Virus record (IMG/VR): IMGVR_UViG_3300034520_000378
Length of the DNA: 64,000 bases
DNA from: a virus
Direction: 5' to 3' (one strand)
Below the pieces are notes generated by a model. It saw only the letters and a list, made by a program, of their open reading frames with translations, searched no databases and was not told the DNA's origin. Shown in pieces: positions 1 through 9,354 of the stretch. Position 1 is the stretch's first letter, and each line of letters begins with the position of its first letter. A program made the translations under genes and the position numbers.

Positions 1-723
1 TGCATAACCCCTCACGGAGATCCTGCCCAGTGTCCTAACTTCCTGCAGGTCCCTGAGGATGGAGTAAGAAACGGTAGAGCATTCCCCTACCGTAACCGGC
101 TGTGCACCAGGCAAGAGAATGCTCACGATCATGTCGACACCCGAAAACGAGCCATAACCCGGAAGTTCTTTATGCACTGCAACTTTACTTGCAGATGAAC
201 TCGCAGATGAACTCGTAGTATCAGCATCCCGCACCCTAACCACAATCCCGCTCTGAGGCCCCACCCGCCTTGCCGTTAGTATATCGTTGACCATTGTTTT
301 GACCACGGCAAGCGGAAAGTTTCTGCCAGGACAGGCTGTAGCGGCAAGCTCCTTGTGCCCCACAATACTGGCACTAGGATACTTTTCCTTGAGGTAGCAG
401 ACGAGATCAATCAAAGCAAGCCTTTGCTTCTCACCCATCTGCTCAACCTCAAAGTTGCCTTCACAACATACGCCTACAGATACAGTGTTATAGCCCAAGC
501 AGTGGGCCCCCACCGTGTTCTCCGGGCGCAGGCTGTATACGGTGCCGTCCTTGCGAACAAGATAATGATATCCTGCACCCGCCCAGCCTTTGGCAAGGTG
601 CCAGCGGTGGATATCCTCCGGACTGCTGACCGAGGCTGCAGCGTGGTGCAGGACAATATACTGTGTCGCCGACCTTACGTCGAGCTTCTCTCTAAACTGG
701 AGATTAGCATTGATAATTTGCAT
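1..723 (-). CDS. N-acetylmuramoyl-L-alanine amidase (Amidase_2/T7-lysozyme type) fused to a tail-tube-like domain; runs off the window edge
   Basis: Not in the ORF track. Hand translation from ATG 723 is open to base 1: MQIINANLQFREKLDVRSATQYIVLHHAA..IHRWHLAKGWAGAGYHYLV..VGAHCLGYN..GHKELAATACPG (Zn-amidase motifs), a Ser-rich linker, then YGSFSGVDMIVS..VGECSTVSYSILRDLQEVRTLGRISVRGY, similar to the N-terminus of the neighbouring tube protein. Confidence 0.85.
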   Translation of the reverse strand, partial: MQIINANLQFREKLDVRSATQYIVLHHAAASVSSPEDIHRWHLAKGWAGAGYHYLVRKDGTVYSLRPENTVGAHCLGYNTVSVGVCCEGNFEVEQMGEKQRLALIDLVCYLKEKYPSASIVGHKELAATACPGRNFPLAVVKTMVNDILTARRVGPQSGIVVRVRDADTTSSSASSSASKVAVHKELPGYGSFSGVDMIVSILLPGAQPVTVGECSTVSYSILRDLQEVRTLGRISVRGYA

Positions 724-777
724 CTTTGTTTCCCCTACACTGACATGATACTTCCATGGTATGCCTCATCTTCCATC

Positions 778-1368
778 TTACTGTTTCTCGACAATCGGAT
801 AGTATGGTTCTAATGAGCCGTCTCCTTTGTACACTCCCCTGATGATTGGCGATATCCTGCGCGCGATGAATGTGAAGTGACGCTCCATGACGATAGTGTC
901 AACATTGACACCGCTGCCTTCATTGAGCAGCTCAACGTCGTATATCTTCTGGAACGCGGTCTGGCCATACTCGTTGGCAAATGTCATCATGATGTCAAAT
1001 GGTGGAATCATGTCTGCGTATATGATGTTTTCAGGCTTAATCAGGTCAAATCCTGGAGGTACATGAATTGCCTTGTACTGACGCAGGTCGGATCCAACCG
1101 TTGGCGGATTCTTCGCATACTCTGCCGCCGCCTGATTGGCTTTCTTGTTCCACTCAGATATCTCTAAAGCGCTGAACAGGTCGCTCTGCTGTTTGGTTAC
1201 CTGCGAAACGTTACCGGCAGCGGTAAACATCGCTGGTGGCGCTATGCTCTGCCATACAGCTTGGTCCTTAACAAGAGCTTCAATAAGAGCATCCCTGTCA
1301 AATACGGCAAATACCAGGGTGCCGCTTATGCCGCGCTTGCCGCGGCTGAAGGATCTTGGATCTGGGCT
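778..1368 (-). CDS. Tail tube protein, exon 2
   Basis: SPDPRSFSRGKRGISGTLVF..PPFDIMMTFANEYG..NEGSG; follows the sheath gene; joins exon 1 in frame to give ~244 aa. Confidence 0.8.
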   Translation of the reverse strand, partial: SPDPRSFSRGKRGISGTLVFAVFDRDALIEALVKDQAVWQSIAPPAMFTAAGNVSQVTKQQSDLFSALEISEWNKKANQAAAEYAKNPPTVGSDLRQYKAIHVPPGFDLIKPENIIYADMIPPFDIMMTFANEYGQTAFQKIYDVELLNEGSGVNVDTIVMERHFTFIARRISPIIRGVYKGDGSLEPYYPIVEKQ

Positions 1369-2492
1369 CACCATTCCAACGGTTTCCCATTGGGGTGGAC
1401 TATATCTTGAGGCCTTACATGAACTGACTGGGTAGCCCTGCTTCGGTCAAAGCTTTTTCCCAACTGCCAAATACTGCATTGATAGCCTTAAACGAATAAG
1501 TCCCAGGAGTGTAGTTATACAGCACAACAGGAAACTTCTCCGGCCTGCCAATTTGCTCATAGAATGATACAAGGTTCTGGATTATGAGCCGCTTATTAAT
1601 CTCCTTGTCTGCTTTCCTGTTTATCCTGAGGTGGAAGTGGGGCGGTAAACTGTGCGCTTTGTCCCAGCCCAGGGGAAGTTTGCGCTGCATGCACGGAAGA
1701 ATATACGGGCTCACTATCTTAAGGAGTTTAATGGCTTCTTCCCGCGGAAAATACACATAGTAGCACTTCCGCTTCCCCTTACCCCGCCTGGCTATGGAGA
1801 TGTTTATGTCATAAACATCCCTAAGGTAGTCCCTTATCAAATGGTGCTCCTCAAGAGTAAAGGAATATGTCGATATCTCAACAGTGTTCCGGTTTATGTG
1901 GTAGGAGCCGTCGTCCATATACCACACAGCGAGGGATAGCGGAGTCAACTTTTCCAACCAACCGGCGGTTATAGCCTTTCTGTTGTCGACGTATATCTCT
2001 TCTCTCAGCTCTCTGAAGAAGTCGTCCATTTTGCTGTAGAGGGATAAAGACTTTGACTTAATTCCGCGGCCGTCGAGGTTGGAATGCCTTTCTCTGAGCC
2101 TGGGCCCAACATTGAATATATCCTTCAACTCATCATACAGCCAGTAGACGTATTCGCTGTCCTCGACGCTATGCTCAACTTCAAACCGGTAGTATGTTGC
2201 ATAGCCATAATCCAGTTTGGCGATGTATGCATCTCCGAGCAGGGCGCCGTAGATTATCGCCAGTTGCCTGTCAGTCAGTTTCATGCAGTCGCCTCCCGAG
2301 CGTATGATACTGCCTATGACACACACCTGGGTGTGTGGAGACAGTATCTCGGGCGCTCCGCCCTCAGTCTCTACGGGGAGTTGTCCCCGGCGCATGAGCC
2401 GGATGCTCTTCCCTCGGTATTACCCGCGAAGGGCTCCACCGATATAGCTCGGTTTTTCTCAGTCAATCACTTGACTGAGGGGCAGTCTATCT
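1369..2492 (-). mobile_element. Group I intron in the tail tube gene (1124 nt)
   Basis: 5' splice site after U in P1 GGGU|AG..CUGCCC (U.G pair); R element GTAGAGACTG; S element AAGATATAGTCC; terminal G before AGC; splicing restores YTMG|SPDPRSF. Confidence 0.9.
1415..2284 (-). CDS. Intron-encoded LAGLIDADG homing endonuclease
   Basis: IIYGALLGDA and LAVWYMDDG motifs; C-terminal FGSWEKALTEAGL repeat of the homing-endonuclease-associated type; GGAGG before ATG 2284 (the track start 2395 lies in intron RNA core). Confidence 0.9.
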   Translation of the reverse strand: MKLTDRQLAIIYGALLGDAYIAKLDYGYATYYRFEVEHSVEDSEYVYWLYDELKDIFNVGPRLRERHSNLDGRGIKSKSLSLYSKMDDFFRELREEIYVDNRKAITAGWLEKLTPLSLAVWYMDDGSYHINRNTVEISTYSFTLEEHHLIRDYLRDVYDINISIARRGKGKRKCYYVYFPREEAIKLLKIVSPYILPCMQRKLPLGWDKAHSLPPHFHLRINRKADKEINKRLIIQNLVSFYEQIGRPEKFPVVLYNYTPGTYSFKAINAVFGSWEKALTEAGLPSQFM

Positions 2493-2636
2493 ACCCATGG
2501 TATAAACTGGAACTTTCTCTCTGGTAATAGCCCATGTAATCTGCTGGAGCTCTCCGATGACTGTCTTGCCAAACGAAACAATCAAGTCCGCCCCGGAAAA
2601 GCTTGTGAGAGTCCTAGTGTACTCCACTCCTGCCAA
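2493..2636 (-). CDS. Tail tube protein, exon 1
   Basis: GGAGG then TTG: MAGVEYTRTLTSFSGADLIVSFGKTVIGELQQITWAITREKVPVYTMG. Confidence 0.85.
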
Positions 2637-2689
2637 AGTAGACTACCTCCTTTGTGATATATAGGTAAAGCCTTACGCCGGAACCGGCG

Positions 2690-4531
2690 TTACAGCTCCG
2701 GCGTGAGGCTTACTACCACGGTGATCTGGCGCAATTCGAACGGTGGGACGATGGTCAGCTCTATCTTCGCACGTCCCAACACCTGGTCCATAAGCGTGGA
2801 TATTATGTTGAACCTGTAATCGCTCAAGTCCCCGGCCTCTTTCATCGCAGACAGTCTCTTGTCTATGGCTGCAGCCATCGCATTCCTGTTGGGTACATTG
2901 TTGGGTTCGCCAAGGAATGGGTCGCATGCATCTTTGACCGCATCAACCGCAGCCTTGACTACGCGAACAGTGGTGGTTCTTGCATAGTCAGAACCGGGCT
3001 GAGCACAGGTCATAGCATCCTCTACAGCAACGATAGTGCCATTGTTCTTGGTCTTATAGGTTACATACCTTGCAGCGGTCAATCTGTCTCTTTGCGCGTT
3101 GCTGTAGTTGAAGCGCAAACCGACAATACCAGGTACGCGCTTGTTGAGCGGTGAAGATCCGGGCCTCATCGTGCTCATCATAGCAGCGAAGATTACCGCA
3201 CTGTTTGCAGTGTATGTGCCCAACCTGGTGTTCCGCAATATCACGTCCGGGCCGGCTACCACGTGGATGAAGCGACCGATGTCGTACGGCTTGCCCTCGG
3301 CATCAAGCACAGGATTGCCGTACTTGTCCAGCACGAAGTAGTCGTTCTTGCGAGCGAGCAGCTTGCTCACATGCTCGTCGATGGACTTCAGATCGGTCGC
3401 ACGAGCAGGCTTAGTTGAGATTACGCCGTATGTGGTGTGCTGCCTGGTCGAGATATAAGCACAGGCCATCGCGAGCTCTTGTGCGAAGTTCTTCTTGTTG
3501 TCAGGCAGCTCGTCATCAGCATACACACCAAGCGGCACTACCCAGTCAACGGTGTAGTTCTCAAGCAGCTGATATGCACCGGGTTCGATCAGGTTACCAT
3601 CTGCATCGCGCTTACCGCTCAGCAGCTCAAACAGCCTTGACTTGGAAAGGTTGAGCTCATCATCGCCGCCGGTGAACTGGGTGGTATCCATAAGCTGCAG
3701 CAACTCAGGCGACTGCTCCGCTATCTCAGGATCGCATGTAGCAACGAATATGCTGTTTGGATCATTGTTTATAGCGTTGACTAACGCCTCAATGGTGAAG
3801 TAGTCCGCAGAGCTGTACTCCAGAGGCTGTTCGCCAGGAGCTTTCTTTAAAGCCGGCTTCTCAAGTATTATCTTCCTGCCCTGGTTGTCTACAATCGTGG
3901 TTACAGTAGCCTTGCACTCGTTGTAGAGCGAACCGGCAAACTTGGTCTCAATCTTGATGCTGCCGTTGATAGTGGTTGTTACATTGGCAAGGTACTTGGC
4001 TACAAGCTTTGTGCCAAGCGTGAGCCCCGAAGTGTCAACCATGATGTCCTGGCCATTCAATGTGACAAGTGAGCTGTCAACAGCTACGTCATCAGCATAT
4101 ACAACCAGTGACCCTTCGATAGGTACATAGTCTAAAGTAGCAGTTATCACGCTGCCGTCTGCAAGGCCAAGCTCTTCTTCAATCAACTTCTCTTCTGTAA
4201 CAGTAATTGGTGCACAGGGGATGATTACTGATGCCGGTTTACCGGATATCCTCATCAATCTTATGTCACGGCATCCAGCATTCCATGCTTCCTCAAACCC
4301 CACCACTAGCGTGGCGCCGTTGGGCCGGCCGTTGCTGTCAACCGCCTTGCCAAACACCAGTTCAACAGTGGAAGCGTCAACTGCTACCGGTACTCCAACA
4401 GGCCCATCAGTAGCAGTACCCAACAGAAGAATACTTTCGGTTTGAGGCGGGTTGGGATCTGTCCTCAGCTGCAGACCGCCATCCTTAAATTCAGTAAGTA
4501 TGCCTGGTAAGTTGGGGTACAAGTTAAACAT
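2690..4531 (-). CDS. Contractile tail sheath protein
   Basis: 613 aa; N-terminal LPG..F.DG and LLGTATDGP, FTGGDD, C-terminal FLGEPNN..IELTIVPPFELRQI; directly upstream of the tube gene. Confidence 0.85.
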   Translation of the reverse strand: MFNLYPNLPGILTEFKDGGLQLRTDPNPPQTESILLLGTATDGPVGVPVAVDASTVELVFGKAVDSNGRPNGATLVVGFEEAWNAGCRDIRLMRISGKPASVIIPCAPITVTEEKLIEEELGLADGSVITATLDYVPIEGSLVVYADDVAVDSSLVTLNGQDIMVDTSGLTLGTKLVAKYLANVTTTINGSIKIETKFAGSLYNECKATVTTIVDNQGRKIILEKPALKKAPGEQPLEYSSADYFTIEALVNAINNDPNSIFVATCDPEIAEQSPELLQLMDTTQFTGGDDELNLSKSRLFELLSGKRDADGNLIEPGAYQLLENYTVDWVVPLGVYADDELPDNKKNFAQELAMACAYISTRQHTTYGVISTKPARATDLKSIDEHVSKLLARKNDYFVLDKYGNPVLDAEGKPYDIGRFIHVVAGPDVILRNTRLGTYTANSAVIFAAMMSTMRPGSSPLNKRVPGIVGLRFNYSNAQRDRLTAARYVTYKTKNNGTIVAVEDAMTCAQPGSDYARTTTVRVVKAAVDAVKDACDPFLGEPNNVPNRNAMAAAIDKRLSAMKEAGDLSDYRFNIISTLMDQVLGRAKIELTIVPPFELRQITVVVSLTPEL

Positions 4532-4555
4532 CGCTTATAGCCTACCTCCTTAATG

Positions 4556-5149
4556 TTAGGTTGTTGTTTGCTGCTGCTTGACTTGGATGGACAAGTCTTC
4601 AAGCAGTTTCCCTCTCACTATCCTTATCTCTTCCACTCGGACAAGGTAGCGCAGCGTTCTCACGGCAAGGTTGCCGGTTTGTATGCGGGTGCGCCCAGCT
4701 TCCCCTTCGCCGAGGAATATGAGCTCGCTCATCCCATTTTCCTTGAAGTATCCCGCATACGTGTCTATGAATGCCTCAAGCTTGTTGGTCCAGTATCGCG
4801 CCTCCCTGTCCGTGCGCGCGTAGCACAAGAAGTCGACCCTGCAGTCATACCACTTGCGCCATACTTCGACGTGATGCCCTTCATACAGTGTGTCAGGCAT
4901 TGTCTCAAAGAACCTTTTCTTGAGAGGGGTGAGCTCCTTGTTAGGCTCTCTTGATACAAGATGAAATACAATATATGGCAACTGCATGTTTTCGGGGTCG
5001 TCAAAGGTTGTCTCCTCATCTGAGAAGACGCCCCAGCCGGTCCCCCATGCAGCGTCAAGCAAGCGTCTGAGCGTATCAGCAAAGCTGTTCAGCGTGTCGC
5101 ATGAATAGCGCTCATGCGTAATACCTGGTATGTCGTATACCCCTGCCAC
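4556..5149 (-). CDS. Putative tail terminator/completion protein
   Basis: 197 aa with LPYIVF motif; position between neck and sheath genes. Confidence 0.5.
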   Translation of the reverse strand: MAGVYDIPGITHERYSCDTLNSFADTLRRLLDAAWGTGWGVFSDEETTFDDPENMQLPYIVFHLVSREPNKELTPLKKRFFETMPDTLYEGHHVEVWRKWYDCRVDFLCYARTDREARYWTNKLEAFIDTYAGYFKENGMSELIFLGEGEAGRTRIQTGNLAVRTLRYLVRVEEIRIVRGKLLEDLSIQVKQQQTTT

Positions 5150-5180
5150 ACAGCAAGCCCCCTTCTGGTTGTTGGGCCCC

Positions 5181-6707
5181 TTAGACGTTAAACACCATGG
5201 TGGCCGACATATCCTCTACAGCGTATTTTGCTTTGAAGGTCACATCAATCAGGCAGCCAAACGAAAAGGCGTCATACTGATACTCCGTCATGTCAAGCGA
5301 GTACGACTTTATCACACCTTCTCGCTGTATTGCCTTCATGGTTTCGTCAGCCGCCCGCTTCACCATCTCTCTAATAGGTATAATACCGCCAGTGGTGCCT
5401 ACAAAACTGTCCAGTACATTGCGGAGTCTGGAAATTATATAGTGTCCAGTCCGAACATTGGCTATATAGCGCAGCGGTCTTTCGTACGGCGCTGCAGTCA
5501 CGCCGTTGTACACGGAAAGCCCATTCTTCACCGAGTTGTAGAACACCACCAGCCCGGCTGCGGAAGCCCACCGCAGCGCCTCATCATCAAGCTCCACCCT
5601 CTGTTCGGTTATACTCACAAGCGGCTTGTTTGTGGTGGTCTCAGTACCATAAGCAGCAAGCAGTGCGGCATACGCTGGAGCACCGGATATATACATCCCA
5701 TCAAATGCAAGGTCGCCAAACACTATCGAGATGTAGTGCCCAAAATCCGTACCGTCCCGTACAAACCCGAGACGATTGTTAAGGCACGAGAACTTGATAA
5801 AGGATGCTATGTGCTCCGCGTTAAGCACCGGTACACTGTCGGGTATCGGCCGCACGCCAAGAACGCCAACAGTTGACACACCTACCGCCGCCTGCCTCCT
5901 GCAGAAGTCTATCAGCTGGCCGTGGAACGTGGGCGGCTCGCCATTGCTAAGAGGATATGTATCGAGAAAATCGGGATCGTCAGAGTACCACATGGTATAG
6001 CTCTGATCCGTGTCCCCCTCTTCAAGAAAGAGGGTGTACGACACGTCATTAAAGCGTGCATCAAGCAAAACCACTATGTCTGTCCTTCTGCCCTCAAGCA
6101 CGCTATAAGCATCCTCGAGCATTTGATAGAGCTCGTCCTTTGACGGAGCAAGCTCGTCGTTGCCGCCGTCGAGGTATACCACACTAGTGCCAAGCTCCGC
6201 TTTTAAGGCCTCCAGTGCAGCGATAAGCGCATCAGACGCAAAGTCCGGGTCAGTTGCACTGACCGATACCGGCACGCTGTCATTGTTTATCGCCTCGACA
6301 AGCATGCCAAGTGCCGGGTAGTTACTCAATGCGTAGCTGCCCACAAGCTGGTCACCCTGGTCATCGGACAGAAAGAACAAGAGCTGGCCTGCGTCTGCGG
6401 CAACCGCTATCCGGTTGCCCACCTCTCCGGCTTCCCTGCTCTTTATCTCGAAAAAGCACTGCCTGCCGTCAGTATCGGTCAGGACTAAAAGGCGCCGGGC
6501 ATGCTTGCCGTTTATACGCATCAAACAGTAGGTAGCATTGGGATTGACAGCATAAGCCATGCGGTATGCGTTATAAAGCGTGCCGCCGTATCCAAACACC
6601 GCCGCGGCATGTGCGGGGCTGGTAACCTCAATCGGCTCGAGAACGGGCCCGCCAGCTGCTGTGCCAAGCATCACGATTACTGACCCTATCGGTGCACTGT
6701 CAACCAT
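5181..6707 (-). CDS. Second tail sheath-like protein (paralogue)
   Basis: 508 aa; LGTAAGGP, LMRING, LDGGNDEL..SK..LY and YSVLEG match the corresponding segments of 2690-4531. Confidence 0.7.
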   Translation of the reverse strand: MVDSAPIGSVIVMLGTAAGGPVLEPIEVTSPAHAAAVFGYGGTLYNAYRMAYAVNPNATYCLMRINGKHARRLLVLTDTDGRQCFFEIKSREAGEVGNRIAVAADAGQLLFFLSDDQGDQLVGSYALSNYPALGMLVEAINNDSVPVSVSATDPDFASDALIAALEALKAELGTSVVYLDGGNDELAPSKDELYQMLEDAYSVLEGRRTDIVVLLDARFNDVSYTLFLEEGDTDQSYTMWYSDDPDFLDTYPLSNGEPPTFHGQLIDFCRRQAAVGVSTVGVLGVRPIPDSVPVLNAEHIASFIKFSCLNNRLGFVRDGTDFGHYISIVFGDLAFDGMYISGAPAYAALLAAYGTETTTNKPLVSITEQRVELDDEALRWASAAGLVVFYNSVKNGLSVYNGVTAAPYERPLRYIANVRTGHYIISRLRNVLDSFVGTTGGIIPIREMVKRAADETMKAIQREGVIKSYSLDMTEYQYDAFSFGCLIDVTFKAKYAVEDMSATMVFNV

Positions 6708-7233
6708 TGCGCAAAGCCTCCTTTATGCGCGGCAGCATCCCGTTGAACCGCGGCACATCAAAAGCCCTGAACATCCCAAGCGCATATATGTACTCAACAC
6801 GCCCGCGAAAGCCAAGGATCTTGTCGCTCCGCACTACGTGGTATACACGCTCTACCCGCACCGGCACGCCTTTAGCCCAGCGCACGGCAAGTATGTAGTC
6901 GCCATCAGAGATGCTGACATCGTGCGGCAGGTAAAACCCTTCTGTGTCATGAAGCTGCGGCGTGGGGCTTTCCTTGCGCGGCGGCAGTGCAGCGCCCATA
7001 TATGTCGGTACTGCTTCGCTGGATACCGGCATCTGTACGCGCCTGGCTCTAGCCTTGAATGCGCGAACCATATAGCCCGTTCCGAGGCACACATCGCAGT
7101 CCGAGCGCGGTTCGCGCGTTGCAGAGTCCCAGCACGCAGGACACTTAAAGCGCCGGTCTGCATGCAGGATAACCACGTCACTGCCGAAATCCCTCAGAAT
7201 GTCACCAAACTCTTTCCTTAAATCAAGCAGCAC
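6700..7233 (-). CDS. Putative head closure/neck protein with Cys cluster
   Basis: CPACW..CDVCLGTGY; position in the neck region. Confidence 0.5.
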   Translation of the reverse strand: MLLDLRKEFGDILRDFGSDVVILHADRRFKCPACWDSATREPRSDCDVCLGTGYMVRAFKARARRVQMPVSSEAVPTYMGAALPPRKESPTPQLHDTEGFYLPHDVSISDGDYILAVRWAKGVPVRVERVYHVVRSDKILGFRGRVEYIYALGMFRAFDVPRFNGMLPRIKEALRNG

Positions 7234-7239
7234 TGCTTA

Positions 7240-7770
7240 TTACACTCCTCTCGGCGCAAGCGGATATGGATATGCCTCGCCGCCACGCACCGCCGAAGCA
7301 ATGGGATACCGCCCTCTGAGCCGCGCTTCCCAATACGCCACCTCGCGCTCAAGGTTTCTAACGGCAACCTGCAGCTCGTTTGCCGTAACAGCCGGCCGGC
7401 GGTCTACCGCCAAATTGTCCAGCCTTTGCGATACAGACTCGCGCCCCTTATACGTGATACTGCGCAGGCGCGATATCACCACGTCCAGTGCCGCACGGTA
7501 GCGCGTATACTCGCGCATCGCCACCGTCGGCCTGTCCGGAATCTCCTGGTTTGTACGCTCAAGTATGTCATTGCACATGAGGCTTGCACGGTACAGCACG
7601 CGCAGGGCGTCAAACTCGTTCAGCTCGTCCGGCGTAAGCCCGGTGTCAAGGAGCAGCTGTTCGTATGACGAATAAAGCGGCTGACACTTCGTGGCAAACT
7701 TGAACTGATACATACCGCCAGTGGTATTAATGCTAAGGTCGTATATCTGGTTTTCCATCAGCAGCGCCAT
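7240..7770 (-). CDS. Putative head-tail adaptor
   Basis: PLYSS..SQRLDNL pattern and position; GAGG-preceded ATG at 7770. Confidence 0.45.
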   Translation of the reverse strand: MALLMENQIYDLSINTTGGMYQFKFATKCQPLYSSYEQLLLDTGLTPDELNEFDALRVLYRASLMCNDILERTNQEIPDRPTVAMREYTRYRAALDVVISRLRSITYKGRESVSQRLDNLAVDRRPAVTANELQVAVRNLEREVAYWEARLRGRYPIASAVRGGEAYPYPLAPRGV

Positions 7771-7775
7771 GTCCG

Positions 7776-8033
7776 TTACCTCGCAACACACATAATCTCC
7801 GCTCGCTCGGGAAGCGGTTCCGACAGCCTTATCGTCTTGGTACCGACAAAGGTATAGTCAATGCCGGGATATGCCAGAAGGCCGTTAATGTATACCAGCA
7901 CATGCGTCCTGCCGGGAATATACTCAATATCCGAAAGTGCTATCTCCTGCTGTCCCGCCTCACAGATGACATACTCCGTCCGTTCAAAAGCCTTGCCTTT
8001 CCTGAAGAGCGCTACCACCCAAAACCACCTCAC
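7776..8033 (-). CDS. Small virion protein with a single beta-sandwich repeat
   Basis: VYINGLL..G.DY..IRLSEPL; the same repeat type occurs in 33705-34952 and the C-terminus of 26046-27446. Confidence 0.6.
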   Translation of the reverse strand: MRWFWVVALFRKGKAFERTEYVICEAGQQEIALSDIEYIPGRTHVLVYINGLLAYPGIDYTFVGTKTIRLSEPLPERAEIMCVAR

Positions 8034-9109
8034 GACGTTGAAATCACAAGCGAAAACCTGTGATCCGTGGACGGGAAAAACAGCATGTCCTGCGGCCGCT
8101 GCACCTTTACCCAGAACGCCGCATAACCCCCGGCTTCAACCTGTGGTATGTACACGCTCTTGTCGTAATACCCCGGAACACCGCCAACATCAGGCGCAAG
8201 CAGCACCCATTTGTCACCATGTGCCGTGTTAAAGTTGGTAGCATACACGGACACGTTTGCTACAGCCTCCGTCCCGGGATTGTATATCTCCAGCCGCTTT
8301 TCAACCGTCCCATTCATCAAGCCGCCAAGAAACACTTCATCACCCGGCAAAACCTCTACACCGTCGTTTATGAGCTTAAGGTCCAGTGTGTTGTACCAAA
8401 ATATGTCCCCACCAAATATCTCAGTGAGCCCAGTGCTGGCAACCAATACACCGCCGCTGTCGTAAACGCTTATCTGGCCCTTCACAGCAAGACCGATAAG
8501 CCCGATGTTTATCTCGACAGCACCGTTGACAGGAACACTGGATGCAACCGTGGTGCCATACTCATTAGTAACTGCGACTGTATAGCCGCTCGGCACATTG
8601 CCAACAAATATGGAAGACGCCCTGACCACAACCACCTCTTCCACGGTCACGGGAGATACGCCATCGGCATATACGCCCGGCAGCGGGTCCTTCGATATAA
8701 ACGCAGTGCCCACTACCTCCCATTCATTCCTGCTTGATGAATAGGCATATGCCTCGCACCTTTCATCCTTCACACAAAACCTAAGCCTGTCATACACCCT
8801 GTCCGTCCCAGATACAAGGGAGAGATAAATTGCCTCATCATCGCTGGACCACAGCACAAGGCCGGCGCTGTCATCCAGGGAAGACGGCAAGTACCGGAGC
8901 TTGACTTCAACGGCATACTGATAGTTCAGTCCTCTGCAGGAAAGCAAGGCCAGGACAGAACCATCCGGGCTCAATGATGGATCCATCCGGAGCCCTTCCG
9001 GTGTCATAGCGTAGTAATCGCCGCTCGGCGACAAAATCCATTCCGCCCCCACTGACTCGAACCTTGTCCTGTATATAAAGCCGCTGCTTACCAAGTCTAT
9101 CCTGGCCAT
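8030..9109 (-). CDS. Virion structural protein, beta-rich (possible lectin-like domain)
   Basis: 359-aa ORF coupled to its neighbours in the structural operon. Confidence 0.55.
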   Translation of the reverse strand: MARIDLVSSGFIYRTRFESVGAEWILSPSGDYYAMTPEGLRMDPSLSPDGSVLALLSCRGLNYQYAVEVKLRYLPSSLDDSAGLVLWSSDDEAIYLSLVSGTDRVYDRLRFCVKDERCEAYAYSSSRNEWEVVGTAFISKDPLPGVYADGVSPVTVEEVVVVRASSIFVGNVPSGYTVAVTNEYGTTVASSVPVNGAVEINIGLIGLAVKGQISVYDSGGVLVASTGLTEIFGGDIFWYNTLDLKLINDGVEVLPGDEVFLGGLMNGTVEKRLEIYNPGTEAVANVSVYATNFNTAHGDKWVLLAPDVGGVPGYYDKSVYIPQVEAGGYAAFWVKVQRPQDMLFFPSTDHRFSLVISTS

Positions 9110-9132
9110 CGCTCAACCTCCAAGCTTACAGC

Positions 9133-9348
9133 TTATCCGAGCGTGAGTACCATCCTCTTGTCTATCTTCTTGCAGACCATTATGGAATCGGAGCTCACCT
9201 TCTTAATGAGCTCTTCACAGACGCGCTTTGCGTCGTGTATAGAGCGGTATATGCCGTAGACTACCCATACGTCATACGTTGTGCTTGATACGTTGTACCC
9301 GAGCGTAGCACTCGGTTTCACAAACACTACATACTGGACGTTAGTCAT
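9133..9348 (-). CDS. Hypothetical protein
   Basis: 71-aa ORF with GGAGG RBS, in operon. Confidence 0.6.
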   Translation of the reverse strand: MTNVQYVVFVKPSATLGYNVSSTTYDVWVVYGIYRSIHDAKRVCEELIKKVSSDSIMVCKKIDKRMVLTLG

Positions 9349-9354
9349 GGATTT

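Noticed and set aside
1-7770. Tailocin, eCIS or T6SS locus (sheath, tube, PAAR)
   Set aside because: Capsid, portal, prohead protease and terminase are present, so this is a phage.
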